Source: Mobula hypostoma
Lineage: Eukaryota
Length of the DNA: 64,000 bases
NCBI RefSeq assembly: GCF_963921235.1
Contig: NC_086108.1
Location: 56,918,001-56,982,000, forward strand
Reading direction: 5' to 3'
The notes under the pieces were generated by a model, which did not search any database, had not been told where the DNA came from, and saw only the letters and a list, made by a program, of their open reading frames with translations. This document shows positions 1-13,221 of this stretch, in pieces (position 1 is the first letter of the stretch; each line of letters begins with the position of its first letter). Both the position numbers and the translations under genes were made by a program.

Positions 1-737
1 CTCAGCAGTGTCCCCTGTCCAAACTGTCTTTGTCAACTTCAATTGCTCTACTCCACGGAGCTTTGGCAAGATCTTGTACTTATTGGTATTATCCTTGCAG
101 CTACAATTACAGAGTTAGTCCTTAAAGGGACACATTGCACTACAACCCGCTCTCCAATGAAATAGTACTGTGTAAAGAATGGCTGTTGTAGTGATGGGGG
201 AGTGGTGTCAGTCTGAGAGTTCTCCAAGTGGTCAGAGGGATTTGGACAGACTGGTGAAGAATAGTTCCACAAAAGGCACGTCCTTGTTCAAAGGTCCAAG
301 GAGACCCTCCTGGCTGTTTGTTCTGTGATAAGTCAGAATGTGTCTCTGACCGGCGAGGATGAAAATTGCATTGATGTTGCATTACTGCTAACATTGCCTG
401 TGGAGTTTTATACTGGAAAAACAGGGCTCACACAAATGAAAGTCCCGCTGAAAGGTTCAGGGTCGAATTTCCCATTAGGTGCCATGGATCCACAAATAGG
501 AACAAGATGCTTTGTTCTGGGTTAAAGCAGATTTCAACTGCATGACTTCGTTTAATGGGAAAATTCTAGAACACTCAGCAGGTCAGGCAGCATCTGTGGA
601 AAAAAACAGAGTTAATGTTTCAGATTGAAGCCCCTGCGTTAAAACTGATATGGGTACTGGAACTAAAATATTATCTTTGTTTTTCTTCCTGCTCATGTTG
701 CCTGATCTGCTGCGAGTGTCCAGCATTTTCTATTTTT

Positions 738-1435
738 AAAAACACAAGAAAATCTGCAGATGCTGTAAATCCAAAGCAAAACACACAAAATGCTGGAGGA
801 ACTCAGGCTAGGGAGCATCAATGGAAAAGAGTAACCAGTCAAAGTTTTGGGTGAGACGTCGTCAGGACTGGAAAGAAATCATAATAAGAAGGTGGGGGAG
901 GGGAGGAAGAAGTACAAGGTGGCAGGTGATAGGTAAAGCCGGGAGAAAGGGAGGGGTGAAATAAAGAGCTGGGAAAATGATTAGTGGAAGAGATAAAGGG
1001 CTGGAGAAGGGGGAATTTGATAGGAGAAAACAGAAGATCACGGAAGGAAGGGAAGTGGTAGGAACACCAAAGGGAGGTGATGGACAGGTAAGAAGGGAAG
1101 GCATGAGAGGGAAACAGGAATGAGGATTGGTAAAGGAGAGAGAAGGGACAATTGGCAGAAATTCAAGCCATTGATGTTCATACCATCAGGTTGCAGGCTA
1201 CCCAGAAGGAATATAAGGTGTTACTCCTCCAACCAGTGTGGCCTCATCCTGGCAGTAGAGGAGGTCATGGACTGACATTTTGAAATGGGAATGGGAAGTA
1301 GAATTGAAATGGGTGGCCACTGGGAAATCCCTCCTTTTGTGACAGACAGAGCAAAGGTGCTTGATGAAGTGGTCTCCCAAACTACATTGGTCGCACCGAT
1401 TTGCAGGAGGCCACACTGGGAGCACCAGATACAGA
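738..1435 (-). mobile_element. Penelope-like element, 3' fragment (GIY-YIG C-terminus and terminal repeat)
   Basis: The minus-strand peptide PVATHFNSTSHSHFKMSVHDLLYCQDEATL matches the Penelope copy at 8998-9345. The same terminal repeat (acacaagaaaatctgcagatgctg...) is present. Confidence 0.8.
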
Positions 1436-2609
1436 TTTTCTGTTTTTATTTCAGGTTTCCAGCAGCTGCTGTTTTTTAAAAATTCTTTTTCAGTTTGTGT
1501 GAAGGAATGCCTTAACACTTACTGGGTACCTTGTTTTTAAAGTCATGGCCCAGTAAAAGAGATAGGAAAGATTTTCTCCAGAACATAATAAAGGAAAACA
1601 GAAACCATTGGTTGTGATTTTCTACAAATTAATCAGTGAAATCTGTTTGTTTGCCCTGCTTGAAACAGAGAGAGTAAACAACCTTCACCTCTGCCTTTGC
1701 AACAATGACCCCAGGCTATTTTTATGTACTTTAAATGGCATTAAAGAATCAGGTTTATAGCAGGCCTCAGCTATGTTTTTGTAAGGATTATACACTGTTA
1801 CCATAAAAAGTCTGTCGCATGATGACATCTAACCCTCTGACATTTCAGTGCTGAGAAACAGGCAGCAGCTGTGGCTTAGTTTTAACATCCTGGAAAACTG
1901 CAAAGGGGCAAGGGGTGTGCTGGCTGGGATCAATTCTTCCTGATACTTGGTTCGAGAGTAAATATATCACCACAAGCCATGACATTAGAAAGAAAATATA
2001 TTACCATTGTCTGAGGATTTTTAAAATTACCTAAGTGTAATATTATAATACCTTTTCTGAATTCAATCAAGATAACACCCCCAGCTCCCTCCCACCACTC
2101 AGTAATTTGTCATATTGTATGTCGCACAAGACTCCGCCCCTGCAACCTGCTGATATGTGTACAGTGTTCTGTGCCAGCCAGTTGTAACCGGAAATGTGAA
2201 GGGATTTGGGAACAGCACAGCAACAAACAATAGAGCAGTTGCCGAGGGAGGGAGCGATTGCATCATTTACAGCCGTCAATATACATTGTTTAGAAGTGCC
2301 TGAGTTGCTGCCAGGCATCTTAATGTTGATTTCTAAAGTTTGTATACAATGTGTTTGGTTTCTGTTCTATTGAGCCCAACGCTGTTGTTCAAAAATGCAA
2401 AAGGTTAGAATGGCAGATGTAAGAGGTGGGAATGGGATTAGCCATATTAGATCCTATCAGTTAGTTATTCGTGTTTCCTGCTTTACCATTATTTGCATTT
2501 GCTCCACCCGTTGCTTACAGTAACCATTGTCTGGGTAGGCCAGTCAGCTACGGTGGAATCTCTTTTCTTGTTCAGACCTATCACAATTGTCACAACCCAT
2601 ACAGAATTT

Positions 2610-2775
2610 CATCAAGGTGGTAAATGCGGGTTCTTTTTTAACATTTAAGAATAAATTGGACAGATACATGGATGGGAGGTGTATGGAGGGATATGGTCCG
2701 TGTGCAGGTCAGTGCAGAAAGTGGTTCGGCACAGCCAAGAAGGGCCTGTTTCTGTGCTGTAGTTTTTCTATGGTT
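2610..2775 (+). mobile_element. CR1 LINE 3'-end fragment
   Basis: VVNAGSFLTFKNKLDRYM is a CR1 ORF2 C-terminal motif, followed by a (tttcta)-type tail. Confidence 0.65.
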
Positions 2776-2990
2776 TCTAAGTATTCCATCAGAGACATCA
2801 CACCTTCAAACCACCATTTGTTATCCTCTGGCGGCACTGGAGAGCAGTGTGGAATCTGCAGTCTTTTCCACAGATGGGGAAGAATGGGGGTGGGATGGGC
2901 AGGTGGGTAATTTACGAGGTGGTATACACCTACCACTGCTATACATGGCCTCTGTATGCTCCTGATACATGGCTTTGAACTTCTTGATAC

Positions 2991-3304
2991 AGATAGGCAT
3001 CCGTTAGTCTCGTGAGACCATGGATTTGCGCCTTGGAAGGTTTCCAGGGCGCAGGCCTGGGCAAGGTTGTATGGAAGACCGGCGAAGACCGGCAGTTGCC
3101 CATGCTGCAAGTCTCCCCTCTCCACAGATGTTGTCCAAGAGAAGGGCACTAGGGCTGATACAGCTTGGCACCGGTGTCGTCGCAGAGCAATGTGTGGTTA
3201 AGTGCCTTGCTCAAGGACACAACGTGCTGCCTCAGCTGAGACTCGAACTAGCGACCTTCAGATCACTAGACCAATGCCTTAACCACTTGGCCACGCACCA
3301 ACAC
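2991..3304 (-). mobile_element. tRNA-derived SINE with 13-bp TSD
   Basis: TSD aacttcttgatac at 2978-2990 and 3305-3317. The minus strand has an A-box (TGGCCAAGTGG) and a B-box (GTTCGAGTC). Confidence 0.85.
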
Positions 3305-3444
3305 AACTTCTTGATACCATTCTAAGTATTCCATCTCTTTGTGCCAGAGATTCCTCAGAGTTTGAGATGATATTGTATTACCCTAACAAGGCTTTAAGCA
3401 GATCCATCTGGAAATCTCAGGCCTAAACAGAGATCAGATTTCAG

Positions 3445-4330
3445 ATTCTAATAAACAAGCTTCAAAACCTGGGCCTCTGTACCTTCCTCTGCAAATAGAT
3501 CCTTGACTTCTTCATCAGGAGACCACAGTCAGTGCAGATCGGAAATAATATCTCCTCCTCTTTGCCAGTCAACACTGGCACACCTCAAGTAAGTGTGCTT
3601 AGCCAGTTACTCTACTCTCTGTACACCCGTGACTTTGTGGCTAGGTGCAGGTCAAGCACCATCTATAAATTTGCTAATGACACAACTATAGTTGGCAGAA
3701 TTTCAGATGGTGATAGGGAATCATACAGGAGTGAGATAGGTCAGCTGGTTGAGTGGTGTCACAACAACAACCTTGCACTCAATATCAATAAAACTTCAGG
3801 AAGGAGAAGTCGAGGAAACACACACCAATCCTCATTGAGGGATTAGTAGTGGAAAGGGTGATCAATTTCAAGTTCCTGGGGGTCAATATCTCTGAAGATC
3901 TATCCTGGGCCCAGCGTATTGATGCAATTACAAAGAAAGCATGGCAGCAGCTATATTTCATTCGGAGTTTGAGCAGACTTGGTATGACATCAAAGACTCT
4001 CTCAAATTTCTACAGATGTACTGTACAGTGCATTCTAACTGGTCGCATTACCATCTGGTATGGAGGGGCCACTGCACAGGATAGGAAAAAGCTGCAGAAA
4101 GTTGCAAACACAGCCAGCTCCATCATGGGCACTAGCCTCCCCAGCACTGAGAATATCTTCTAAAGGTGATATCTCAAAAAGGCAGCATCCATCATTAAGG
4201 ACCTCCATCACTCTGGCGTGTCTTCTCATTGCTACCATCAAGTAGGTGTACAGGAGCCTGAAGACACACACTCAACATTTTAGGAACAACTTCTTCCTCT
4301 CTACCATCAGATTCCTGAATGGACAATAAA
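3445..4330 (+). mobile_element. Rex1/Babar-type LINE, decayed RT C-terminal fragment
   Basis: Peptides GTPQVSVLSQLLYSLYT, KFANDTTIVG and FKFLGVNISEDLSW...KKAWQQLYFIRSL. Confidence 0.8.
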
Positions 4331-7274
4331 CCCTGTACAGTACCTCACTATCTTTCCCTCTTCTTACACTATTAATTTAATTATTATATATATAATTTTA
4401 TTTATATGTATGAAAATATTTATATTTCTTCAACCATCAGACTCTTTAACCAGAGGCGATAACTTCATTCAACTTCACTTGCCCCATCACTGAACTGTTC
4501 CCACAACCTGTTGACTCACTTTCAAGGGCCCATCATCTCATGTTCTCAATAGTTATTGCTTATCTATTTATTTATTTTTTATTTATTATTATTCCTTTTT
4601 TCTTTCTTCTTGTAGTTGCACAGTTTATGGTCTCTTGCACATTGGTGGTTTGTCAATGCTTTTGGGTGTGGTCTTTCATTGATTATTGTGTTTCTTGTAT
4701 TTATTGTGAATGCTCACAAGGAAATGAATCCCTGGGTTGTACATGGTGACATATATGTGCTTTGATAACATATATGCCTTTTAATTTTTTTATTATTATG
4801 CATTGCAATGTACTTCTGCCTCAAGACAACAAATTTCACAACATATGCCGGAGGTATTAAACCTGATTTTGATTCTGATTCTAGACGTCTGGTGTTCAGG
4901 TGTGAGAACTTCCTCGTCTGCCCATTATAGCTGACTGTGAGTAACTTGGCTCTCAATACTGGAGATGTTGGTGTGAGGGAGGACTCTGACTTCAGTCTGC
5001 TTGCCAGTGAACCTTGAAGATTTTGTAGAGCCAACATCGGTATATTTTTCCAGTGCTCTAGGTACTTGCTATAGGTAGACCAGATCTCAGAGAGCTGGAT
5101 CACCACTGGTAGATGCCAGGTCGATCTGAGGTCTTGATCCTCAAATACTTTTCCTCAAATGACAAAAGACTTTGCTAATGCATTGAAGGTGGTGGTGATT
5201 CCAGTGTAGATAACCTCACTCAACTCAGAGCTGATACCACAATCTATGGACTCACTCTCAAGGACTTTACAACTCATGTTCTCTATTATTATTTTTTTTA
5301 ATTTACAGTTTGTCCTCTTTTGCATGTCGGTTGTTTGTGTGTAGTTTTTTGAAAATTTATTTTATTCTATTTCTATTGTGAATTCCTGCGAGAAAGTGAA
5401 GTAGTGTATGATGACATATACATACTTGGATTTACTTTGAACTTTAATGTCTGCCTTCGCTGGCTAAGAAGATATCCTTCTCCATATGTACTTTAATTGT
5501 TGAAAAACCATGCCATGCTTCAGGGGTTCCTTGGTAGAGAGACTTGATCTTACAAATATTGAGTGTAAGGCCAAGTGTTTTGAATGCTTCAGTGAGAGTG
5601 TGAGAGATTGCTCAGCCTACAATCATGTGTACAGAATAAGCCACATTGAGGTTTGGGCAGCCTTGGTTCTGTGTTGAAGTTGTCATAGACTAAACAGCCT
5701 CCCATCAGTTTTGAAGATCAGCTCTCTTTCTGCGGGACCTTTGCTAGAGGTGAGGTGCAAGAAAAATTGAAAAAGGGTAGGGGCAATGATTAGCACCAGA
5801 CTTCACTGAGAATGGTTCTGTTCTGGATCCATTGTGACTTGCCTGCAATTGTGAAGCAAGTGTAAAAAGAATCAAGATTTCTGTTGATAGCTGAACTGGG
5901 GAGGTGTTCCACAAGTTCCCCTGACTGAAGGAGTCAAAGGGTTGGTAAAGGTCATGTCGAGTGGCCGCTGCCTCCCCTGCATTTTTTTTTGGAGTGACCA
6001 AGCAGTGAAGACCATGTCCACTGTGCCTCTGGACAGACGGAATCCTCACCATGATTTAGGGTGCAGCTCTTTCTAGTTACTGGCAGGAGGTGCACGAGGA
6101 GGATTCTGGTGATGTGTGTATGACAAATGTCACCAGCGTTACTCTGTTTCTTCAGATGTTGCATGGAGTGCTAATATATTAAAAAATTCTGTTTTTTCAT
6201 GATCTATTCAATATACATATACTGTAAATAGATTTATTTATTTATTCTTCTATATAATGTATTGCATTGAACTGCTGCTGCTAAGTTAACAAATTTCACG
6301 ACACATACTGGTATTAATAAACCTGATTCTGATTCTGAGTGCTTTGGTACTTATTCAGATTATGGTAAATATCCTGTGCATTTTGAATAGTAAGTATGTA
6401 CCATATTCCCTTCCAGAGTGCCGATGGCCTAAGGAGGCTTTAATGTGCTTTATGACCTTCATCATTTAGCCATTTATCTGATAGGTCTGCTTAAAACCAA
6501 AGCACTTCCCACAAGGTTACTTGACTGCTTTTCCTGGTGCTAAATTTGGGTCACATACAGAAGGGAGATGAGTTCAGGGAAAAAACAAAAGTTCGGGCTA
6601 TCCGTATGCCTGTATAGAATACAAAGGACTCATTCGTTTGCGAGCACCTGGAGAGGAAATGCAGTTTAGATAAGATTGCTTCAAAGAAGAGAGTTCATGC
6701 CAAAAAGCAAACGGCTATAAACTTTACATTAGTTATTTGCCTTAAAGATTTTTGACTGCACTGCAATAGCCAATGAGATGAAAGTGGAGCGTATCTTACA
6801 GTAGCTTATAATAAAGCAAGCAAATCAATGTATGCAGAGAACTGAGGAAATAGAGTTAATATCAATGACTTCTAATAAAAGCAGAAAAGAACATGTGAAG
6901 GATAGTTCCATCTAGATTAAGCATACAATATCGATGTGGTCACCAAGCCTGACTAATAGGGAGCAATGGTGTTTGTTGCTCCAAGGTTCAGAAAAGTCTA
7001 CAGTCTCTTTGTTCCACTGATTGATAGGGATATTACCCAATCACTTACACTTTTCTTGGTCAGAATGCAATCAATAAATAAATAAGCCTATTGGATTTCA
7101 CTGGAGGAAATAACGCTACTTTAATTGGGAGATCCTGCTGTAGTTTTGATCATCTATTCCGTATGATTCTGTAACATAAAATATTATAGTTTAAATGAAT
7201 GGCTTTCAATGTGGAGATTGGGAACCTCGGGTGTGTTGCAGTATAATAAAGAAGTATCATTTTTCTATTCCTTT

Positions 7275-7712
7275 GGAGGAGTTTACCAAGAAGCTGCCTG
7301 GACTAGAGGGTATCACTTGTGAAGGTAGGATGAGTGACCGAGGGCTTTCTTTACCGAGTGAAGGAGGATGAGAGGTGATGAGATAGAACATAGAACATAG
7401 AAATCTATGAGAAAGACAGCCAGGGCGGAAAGGGCTAATACATTGGTACATGATTTAAGGTGATTGGATGGGGGTGAAGGTTTTGGGGGATGTCTGAGAT
7501 GAGTTCTTCACATTGAGTTATGGGGGGGCGTGGGATGCCCTGTCAAGTGTGGTGGTAGAGGCAGAAACATTAAAGAACTCTTAGACAGGCACATAATTGG
7601 TAGAAAAATGCAGGGTTATGTAGGAGAGAAGAGTTAGATTGATCTTATAGTAGGTTAAAAGGTCACCACAACATAGTGGACCACTGTGCTATAATATTCC
7701 ATGTTCTACGTA
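7275..7712 (+). mobile_element. CR1 LINE 3' fragment (old)
   Basis: Degenerate CR1 ORF2 end (ggaggatgagaggtga..., gtggtagaggcag) and 3' tail. Confidence 0.55.
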
Positions 7713-7876
7713 AACACTAGTCCACACACCAAGATACTGTAAATCTATTCAAGGTCAAGATCAATTTATTATCGTTCAGCCAAACAAAACAACAGTCCAC
7801 CAGACCAAGGTGCACAACACAGTACATATGACTCACACATACAACACATAAAGTAATATTACCACAAATAAATTGA

Positions 7877-9700
7877 CACATCTCATGCTCTGAATTTTTT
7901 CAATGATTTTAAGTTCCCTGGCCCCCACTGCCTTATTTTCGCCATGGATGTCCAGTCTCTATATACTTCCATCCCCCAACAGGAAGGTCTCAAAGCTCTC
8001 CGCTTATTTTTGGATTCCAGACCTGACCAGTTCCCCTCTACCACCACTCTGCTCCGTTTAGTGGAATTAGTCCTTACTCTTAACAATTTCTCCTTTGGCT
8101 CCTCCCACTTCCTCCAAACTAAAGGTGTAGCCATGGGCACCCATATGGGTCCTAGCTGTGCCTGCCTTTTTGTTGGCTTTGTGGAACAATCTATGTTCCA
8201 AGCCTATACAGGTATCTGTCCCGCACTTTTCCTTCGCTGCATCGATGACTGCATTGGTGCTGCTTCCTGTACGCATGCTGAGCTCGTTGACTTTATTAAC
8301 TTTGCTTCCAACTTTCACCCTGCCCTCAAGTTTACCTGGTCCATTTCCGACATCTTTCTCCTCTTTCCTGATCTTTCTGTCTCTGTCTCTGGAGACAGCT
8401 TATCTACTGATGTCTACTATAAGCCTACAGACTCTCACAGCTACCTGGACTATTCCTCTTCTTACCCTGTCTCTTGCAAAAATACCATCCCCTTCTCACA
8501 ATTCCTCCGTCTCCGCCGCATCTGCTCTCAGGATGAGGCTTTTCATTCCAGGAGAAAGGAGATGTCCTCTTTTTTTTAAAGAAAGGGGATTCCCTTCCTC
8601 CACCATCAACTCTGCTCTCAAACACATCTCTCCCATTTCACGTACATCTGCTCTCACTCCATCCTCCTGCCACCCCACTAGGAATAGGGTTCCTCTGGTC
8701 CTCACCTACCACCCCACCAGACTCCAGGTCCAATATATTATTCTCCGTAACTTCCGCCACCTCCAATGGGATCCCACCAGTAAGCACATCTTTCCCTCCC
8801 CCCCCGCTTTCCGCAGGGATCGCTCCCTACGTGACTCCCTTGTCCATTCGTCTCCTCCATCCCTTCCCACTGATCTCCCTCCTGGCACTTATCCTTGTAA
8901 GCAGAACAAGTGCTACACATGCCCTTACACTTCCTCCCTCACCACCATTAAGGGCCCCAGACAGTCCTTCCAGGTGAGGTGACACTTCACCTGTGAGTTG
9001 GCTGGGGTGATATACAGCGTCCAGTGCTCCCGATCTGGCCTTCTATATATTGGTGAGACCCGACGCAGGCTGGGAGACCGTTTCGCTGAACACCTACGCT
9101 CTGTCCGCCAGAGAAAGCAGGATCTCCCAGTGGCCACACATTTTAATTCCATGTCCAACTCCCATTCTGATATGTCTATCCGCGGCCTCCTCTACTGTCA
9201 AGATGAAGCCACACTCAGGTTGGAGGAACAACACCTTATATTCCGTCTGGGTAGCCTCCAACCTGATGATATGAACATTGACTTCTCTAACTTCTGTTCA
9301 TGCCCCACCTCCCCTTCGTACCCCATCCGTTATTTACGTATTTAAATTATTAATATTATTTTTTCTCTCTCTCCTTTTTCTCCCTCCGTCCCTCTCACTA
9401 TACTCCTTGCCCATCTTCTGGGCTTTCCCCTCCCCCTTTCTTTCTCCCTAGTCCTTCTGTCCCATGATCCTCTCATATCCCTTTTGCCAATCAACTTTAC
9501 AGCTCTTGGCTCCATCCCTCCCGCTCCTGTCTTCTCCTATCATTTCGGATCTCCCCCTCCCCCTCCCACTTTCAAATCTCTTGCTATCTCTTCTTTCAGT
9601 TAGTCCTGACGAAGGGTCTCGGCCCGAAACGTCGACTGTACCTCTTCCTATAGATGCTGCCTGGCCTGCTGTGTTCACCAGCAATTTTTATGTGTGTTGC
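7877..9700 (+). mobile_element. Penelope-like retroelement, 5'-truncated (RT, GIY-YIG endonuclease, terminal repeat)
   Basis: ORF 7944-8579 has MDVQSLYTSIP, QTKGVAMGT and RCIDD (PLE RT). ORF 8998-9345 has VIYSVQCSRSGLLYIGETRRRLGDRFAEH (GIY-YIG). Frameshift near 8575. Confidence 0.93.
9601..9638 (+). ncRNA. Minimal type I hammerhead ribozyme in the Penelope terminal repeat
   Basis: TAGTC-CTGACGA-AGGG TCTCGG CCC-GAAA-CGTC-GACTG gives core CUGANGA (9606-9612), stem II GGG/CCC, GAAA (9626-9629), a GUC cleavage triplet and stem I TAGTC/GACTG. Confidence 0.8.
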
Positions 9701-10269
9701 GAACAAATAATAAGATGCATTTATGACACAGGTTAAAAAGTAAACAGTATAACACTACTGGCCCTTCATACGTGATGAGACCCGGGTGGTGGCAAGGAGT
9801 TCAGTAGTCTCACATCTGGGGGAAGAAGCTGTTTCCCATTCTAACAGTTCTTGCCCTAATGCTATGGTACCTTCTGCCTGATGGTAGGGGTTCAAGGAGA
9901 TTTTTAGACAAATGGGAGGAATCAGTGACAATGCTCAGCAAAGTTCCCTCTAAATTTTTTTTACAGCTGTCTGGACCAACCATTGCTCTGAGCAGGAATT
10001 TTTTTACGTAGCATGAGAACTTCATGGCACTTTAATTTTTTTTGTAACATGCATACTATGAATATAATCAGAATGGAATTGAAAAATCACATACTTTTGA
10101 TTTTATTTATTAATTGAAAGGTATAATGAAATACAGTACAACAAGGAAAATCTTTCACGTTCCGTGACCATTTTCCAGCTGCGTCCAATTCCTGCTGCGT
10201 GGCAACAAAGGCTATGTATGTGGGAGCATTTCAGTTACTGCATGGCTGCGCTTCCACACAGAGGGAACG

Positions 10270-11125
10270 GTAAAAATTGATTAGAATGCGGGAGGGGTGA
10301 TGGGGAGCGTCAGTCGCCTTGATCTCCTCAGGAAGCAGAGATCCTGCTTGCATTCCTGAGCAAAGAGGTGGTGTTGGGGGGCCAGCTGAGATTGTCCGTC
10401 ATGTGCCCTCCCAGAAACTTGGTGCTCCAAACCCTCTCCATGTAGGAGCACTTTATGTGCAATGAGGAGAGGTCTGCCTGCACCTTCCTAAAGCCCACAA
10501 TCATCTCTTTCGTCTTGTCCACATTGAACGAGCTCACACTATTCCACCAGCCACTCTACCTCCTCTCTGTCGCCGTCTTGTCGCTGTGATGAGGCCAATC
10601 GCTGTTGTTCATCAGCGAAGTTGATGATTTGAACTGGATCTAGCAGTACAGTCACGCAGGAACAGCAGCGGGCTGAGCACACAGTCCCAGGGCTCAGTGT
10701 GATGGAGCTAGAGGTGTTTCTGTCAATATGCACTGACTGTGGTCTTTCTGTCAAGAGGTCCAAAATCCAGTTACAGAGACCCTCAGCTCCTGAGGGTATT
10801 AAATGCCGAGCAGAAATCAATAAACAGCATCCTGGCATATGAGGCACCATGTTCCGGGTGGGACAGGACAGAGTGGAGTACAGAGGCTATGGCACCATTA
10901 GTGGACTGATTTGAGCAATAGGCGGACGGGAAAGAGTCTGATGTAGCAGAAGGTTGGGAGTTAATGCAATCCGTAACCAGCTGCTCGAAGCACATCATTA
11001 CTGTTGAGGTCAGCACCACTGGATGGTGATCATAGGGTAGGTTACTACCACTGTGCTATGACTCTTGGGAACTGGGATGAATGTGCCACCTTGAAGCCTG
11101 TGGGGACAGCGGAGTGACCACTGTA
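10270..11125 (-). mobile_element. Rex1/Babar-type LINE RT fragment
   Basis: Peptides LTSTVMMCFEQLV, SYARMLFIDFCSAFNT, LCNWILDLLTERPQSV and NVDKTKEMIVGFRK. Confidence 0.8.
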
Positions 11126-11534
11126 ATATGTTAACATTGTAAAATACTTGGCCCTCAAATTTACTTTAAAATTCATTCCTTTCACATTAAACCTATGCCC
11201 TCATGTACTTGATATTGCTTTATGTATGGGAAAAGTGATTCTCACTATCTAGATGTCTCTATTAGATCACTCCACAACTTCTTTCACTCCAGGAAAAACG
11301 GCTTCTTCCCATAACTCCTTCCAATGTTCACTCGGTACTGCCCTCCAGTGTTCACTTGGTGGAAGAACAAGGTGGACCAGGACAACTTACCATTAGTCTA
11401 CAGTCATGCCACTCAGGGACGTGGGGCTATTTTTTTTCTTTGTGATGACAAGTTTTTCTGAAATCATTACTCTGGCAATTCACTGTTGTAAAATGTACTG
11501 TAAAGGAAATAAAACAATAAAGCATCAAAGTGCA

Positions 11535-12820
11535 TCCTTCTCTATCATTCAATGATTTGTCAATGATTTGGATAAAGAAATTGATGGCTTTGTGGCCATG
11601 TTTGTGGATGATATAAAGAGGGGCAAATAGTGTTGAGAAAGCAGGATGTCTGCAGAAAGACATAAATTGGAAGATGGCAAATAAGTGGCAGATGGATTAT
11701 AATGTAGGGAAATGTATGGTCATGCACTTTGATAGAAGCAATAAAGGCATGGACCATTTTCTAAATGTTGAGAAACTTGCAGGCTGAGTTGGCGGTAAGG
11801 AAAGCAAATACAATATTAGCATTCATTTCTAGAGGTTTGAAAACAAAAGCAAGGATGTAATGCTGAGGCTTTATAAGGCATTAGTCAGACACCACTTGAA
11901 GTACTGGGAGCAGTTTTGGGTCCCTTATCTAAGAAAAGATGTGCTGGCATTGGAGAGGCTTCAGAGGAGGTTCATGAGAATGATCCAGAGAATGAAAGGA
12001 TTAACTTCTGAGGAGGACTTGATGGCTCTGGGCTTGTACTTGCTGGAGTTTAGAAGCATGAAGAAGAACCATTTTTAATTTTAAACTGAAAGTTGTTTAT
12101 ATCTCTTTTTTTTGGCATGTGTGATGTTGGCGGGACGATGTCTTTTTCATGGCTCTTACAAGGCGCGGAGCGAGAGAGAGAGACTGCGTGACACACCACT
12201 CCTCACACAGACATTTCGCAGTATTTTTTCCTTTACTTTACAAGGTCAAGTTGCGATCTCGACACTCAACCTGTCACGGATGGAAAGCGTACTTGGAAGC
12301 GTCCCCGACTGGATTCGAACCTGGGAACCTTCGTTCCAGAGTCCGGCGCTGATGTCATTGCAGTTTATATCTCAATGCATCCCTCACAACCCTTCCCTCA
12401 TTTCCTTGTTGTTAGATCTAAGGCTGAGAATAATCTCATTGAAACCTATTGAATATTGAAAGGCCTAGATATAGTGGATGTGGAATGGATGTCTCCTATA
12501 GTGGGGGAGTCTAGGACCAGAGGGCACAACCTCAGGATAGAGGGGCGTGCATTTAGAACAGATATGAGGGGAAAAAGAACTCCTTAGCCAGAGGGTGGTG
12601 AATCTGTGGAATTCATTGCCACAGACAGCTGTGTAGATCAAGTCATTGGGTATATTTAAGGTGGAGGTTGATGGATTCTTGATTAATCAGGATGTCAAAG
12701 GTTATGGAGAGAGGCAAGGGAATGGGATTGAGAGAGATATTAAATCAGCCATGATGGAATGGTGGAGCAGAGTCAATGGGCCAAATGGCCTAATTTTGCT
12801 TCCATGTCTTATGGTCTTAC
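11535..12820 (+). mobile_element. CR1 LINE ORF2 3' part, interrupted by an insert containing a SINE
   Basis: MLRLYKALVRHHLKYWEQFWVPYLRKDVLALERLQRRFMRMI and a CR1 tail ending atgtcttatggtctt. Confidence 0.85.
12106..12362 (-). mobile_element. tRNA-derived SINE with A-tail and 11-bp TSD
   Basis: TSD gtttatatctc at 12095-12105 and 12363-12373. Minus-strand B-box GGTTCGAATCC. The T run at 12106 is the A-tail. Confidence 0.8.
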
Positions 12821-13001
12821 ATTTGGAACACTATGCACAGTATTGACCTCATTATTTAAAGCAAAGATTTAAATATGTTGGAAGCAGTTCAGAGCATGTT
12901 CACTAGACTGAGATAGGTGGGTTATCTTATAGAGGGATATTGCACAAACTAGTCTTGTACCTGTTTGAGTTAGGGAGAGTGAGGGACAACAATGATATCA
13001 A

Positions 13002-13221
13002 AACAACAGGAATTCTGCAGATGCTGGAAATTCAAGCAACATACATCAAAGTTGCTGGTGAACGCAGCAGGCCAAGCAGCATCTATAGGAAGAGGCGCAG
13101 TCGACGTTTCAGGCCGAGACCCTTCGTCAGGACGAAGGGTCTCGGCCTGAAATGTCGACTGCGCCTCTTCCTATAGATGCTGCTTGGCCTGCTGCGTTCA
13201 CCAGCAACTTTGATGTATGTT
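13002..13221. repeat. Fold-back (palindromic) Penelope-terminal-repeat element with 13-bp TSD
   Basis: Inverted arms 13038-13128 and 13131-13221 differ at one position. TSD acaatgatatcaa at 12989-13001 and 13222-13234. Confidence 0.9.

Noticed and set aside
2991..3304. tRNA gene (also considered for 12106-12362)
   Set aside because: The A/B boxes belong to TSD-flanked SINE heads; no complete cloverleaf was seen.
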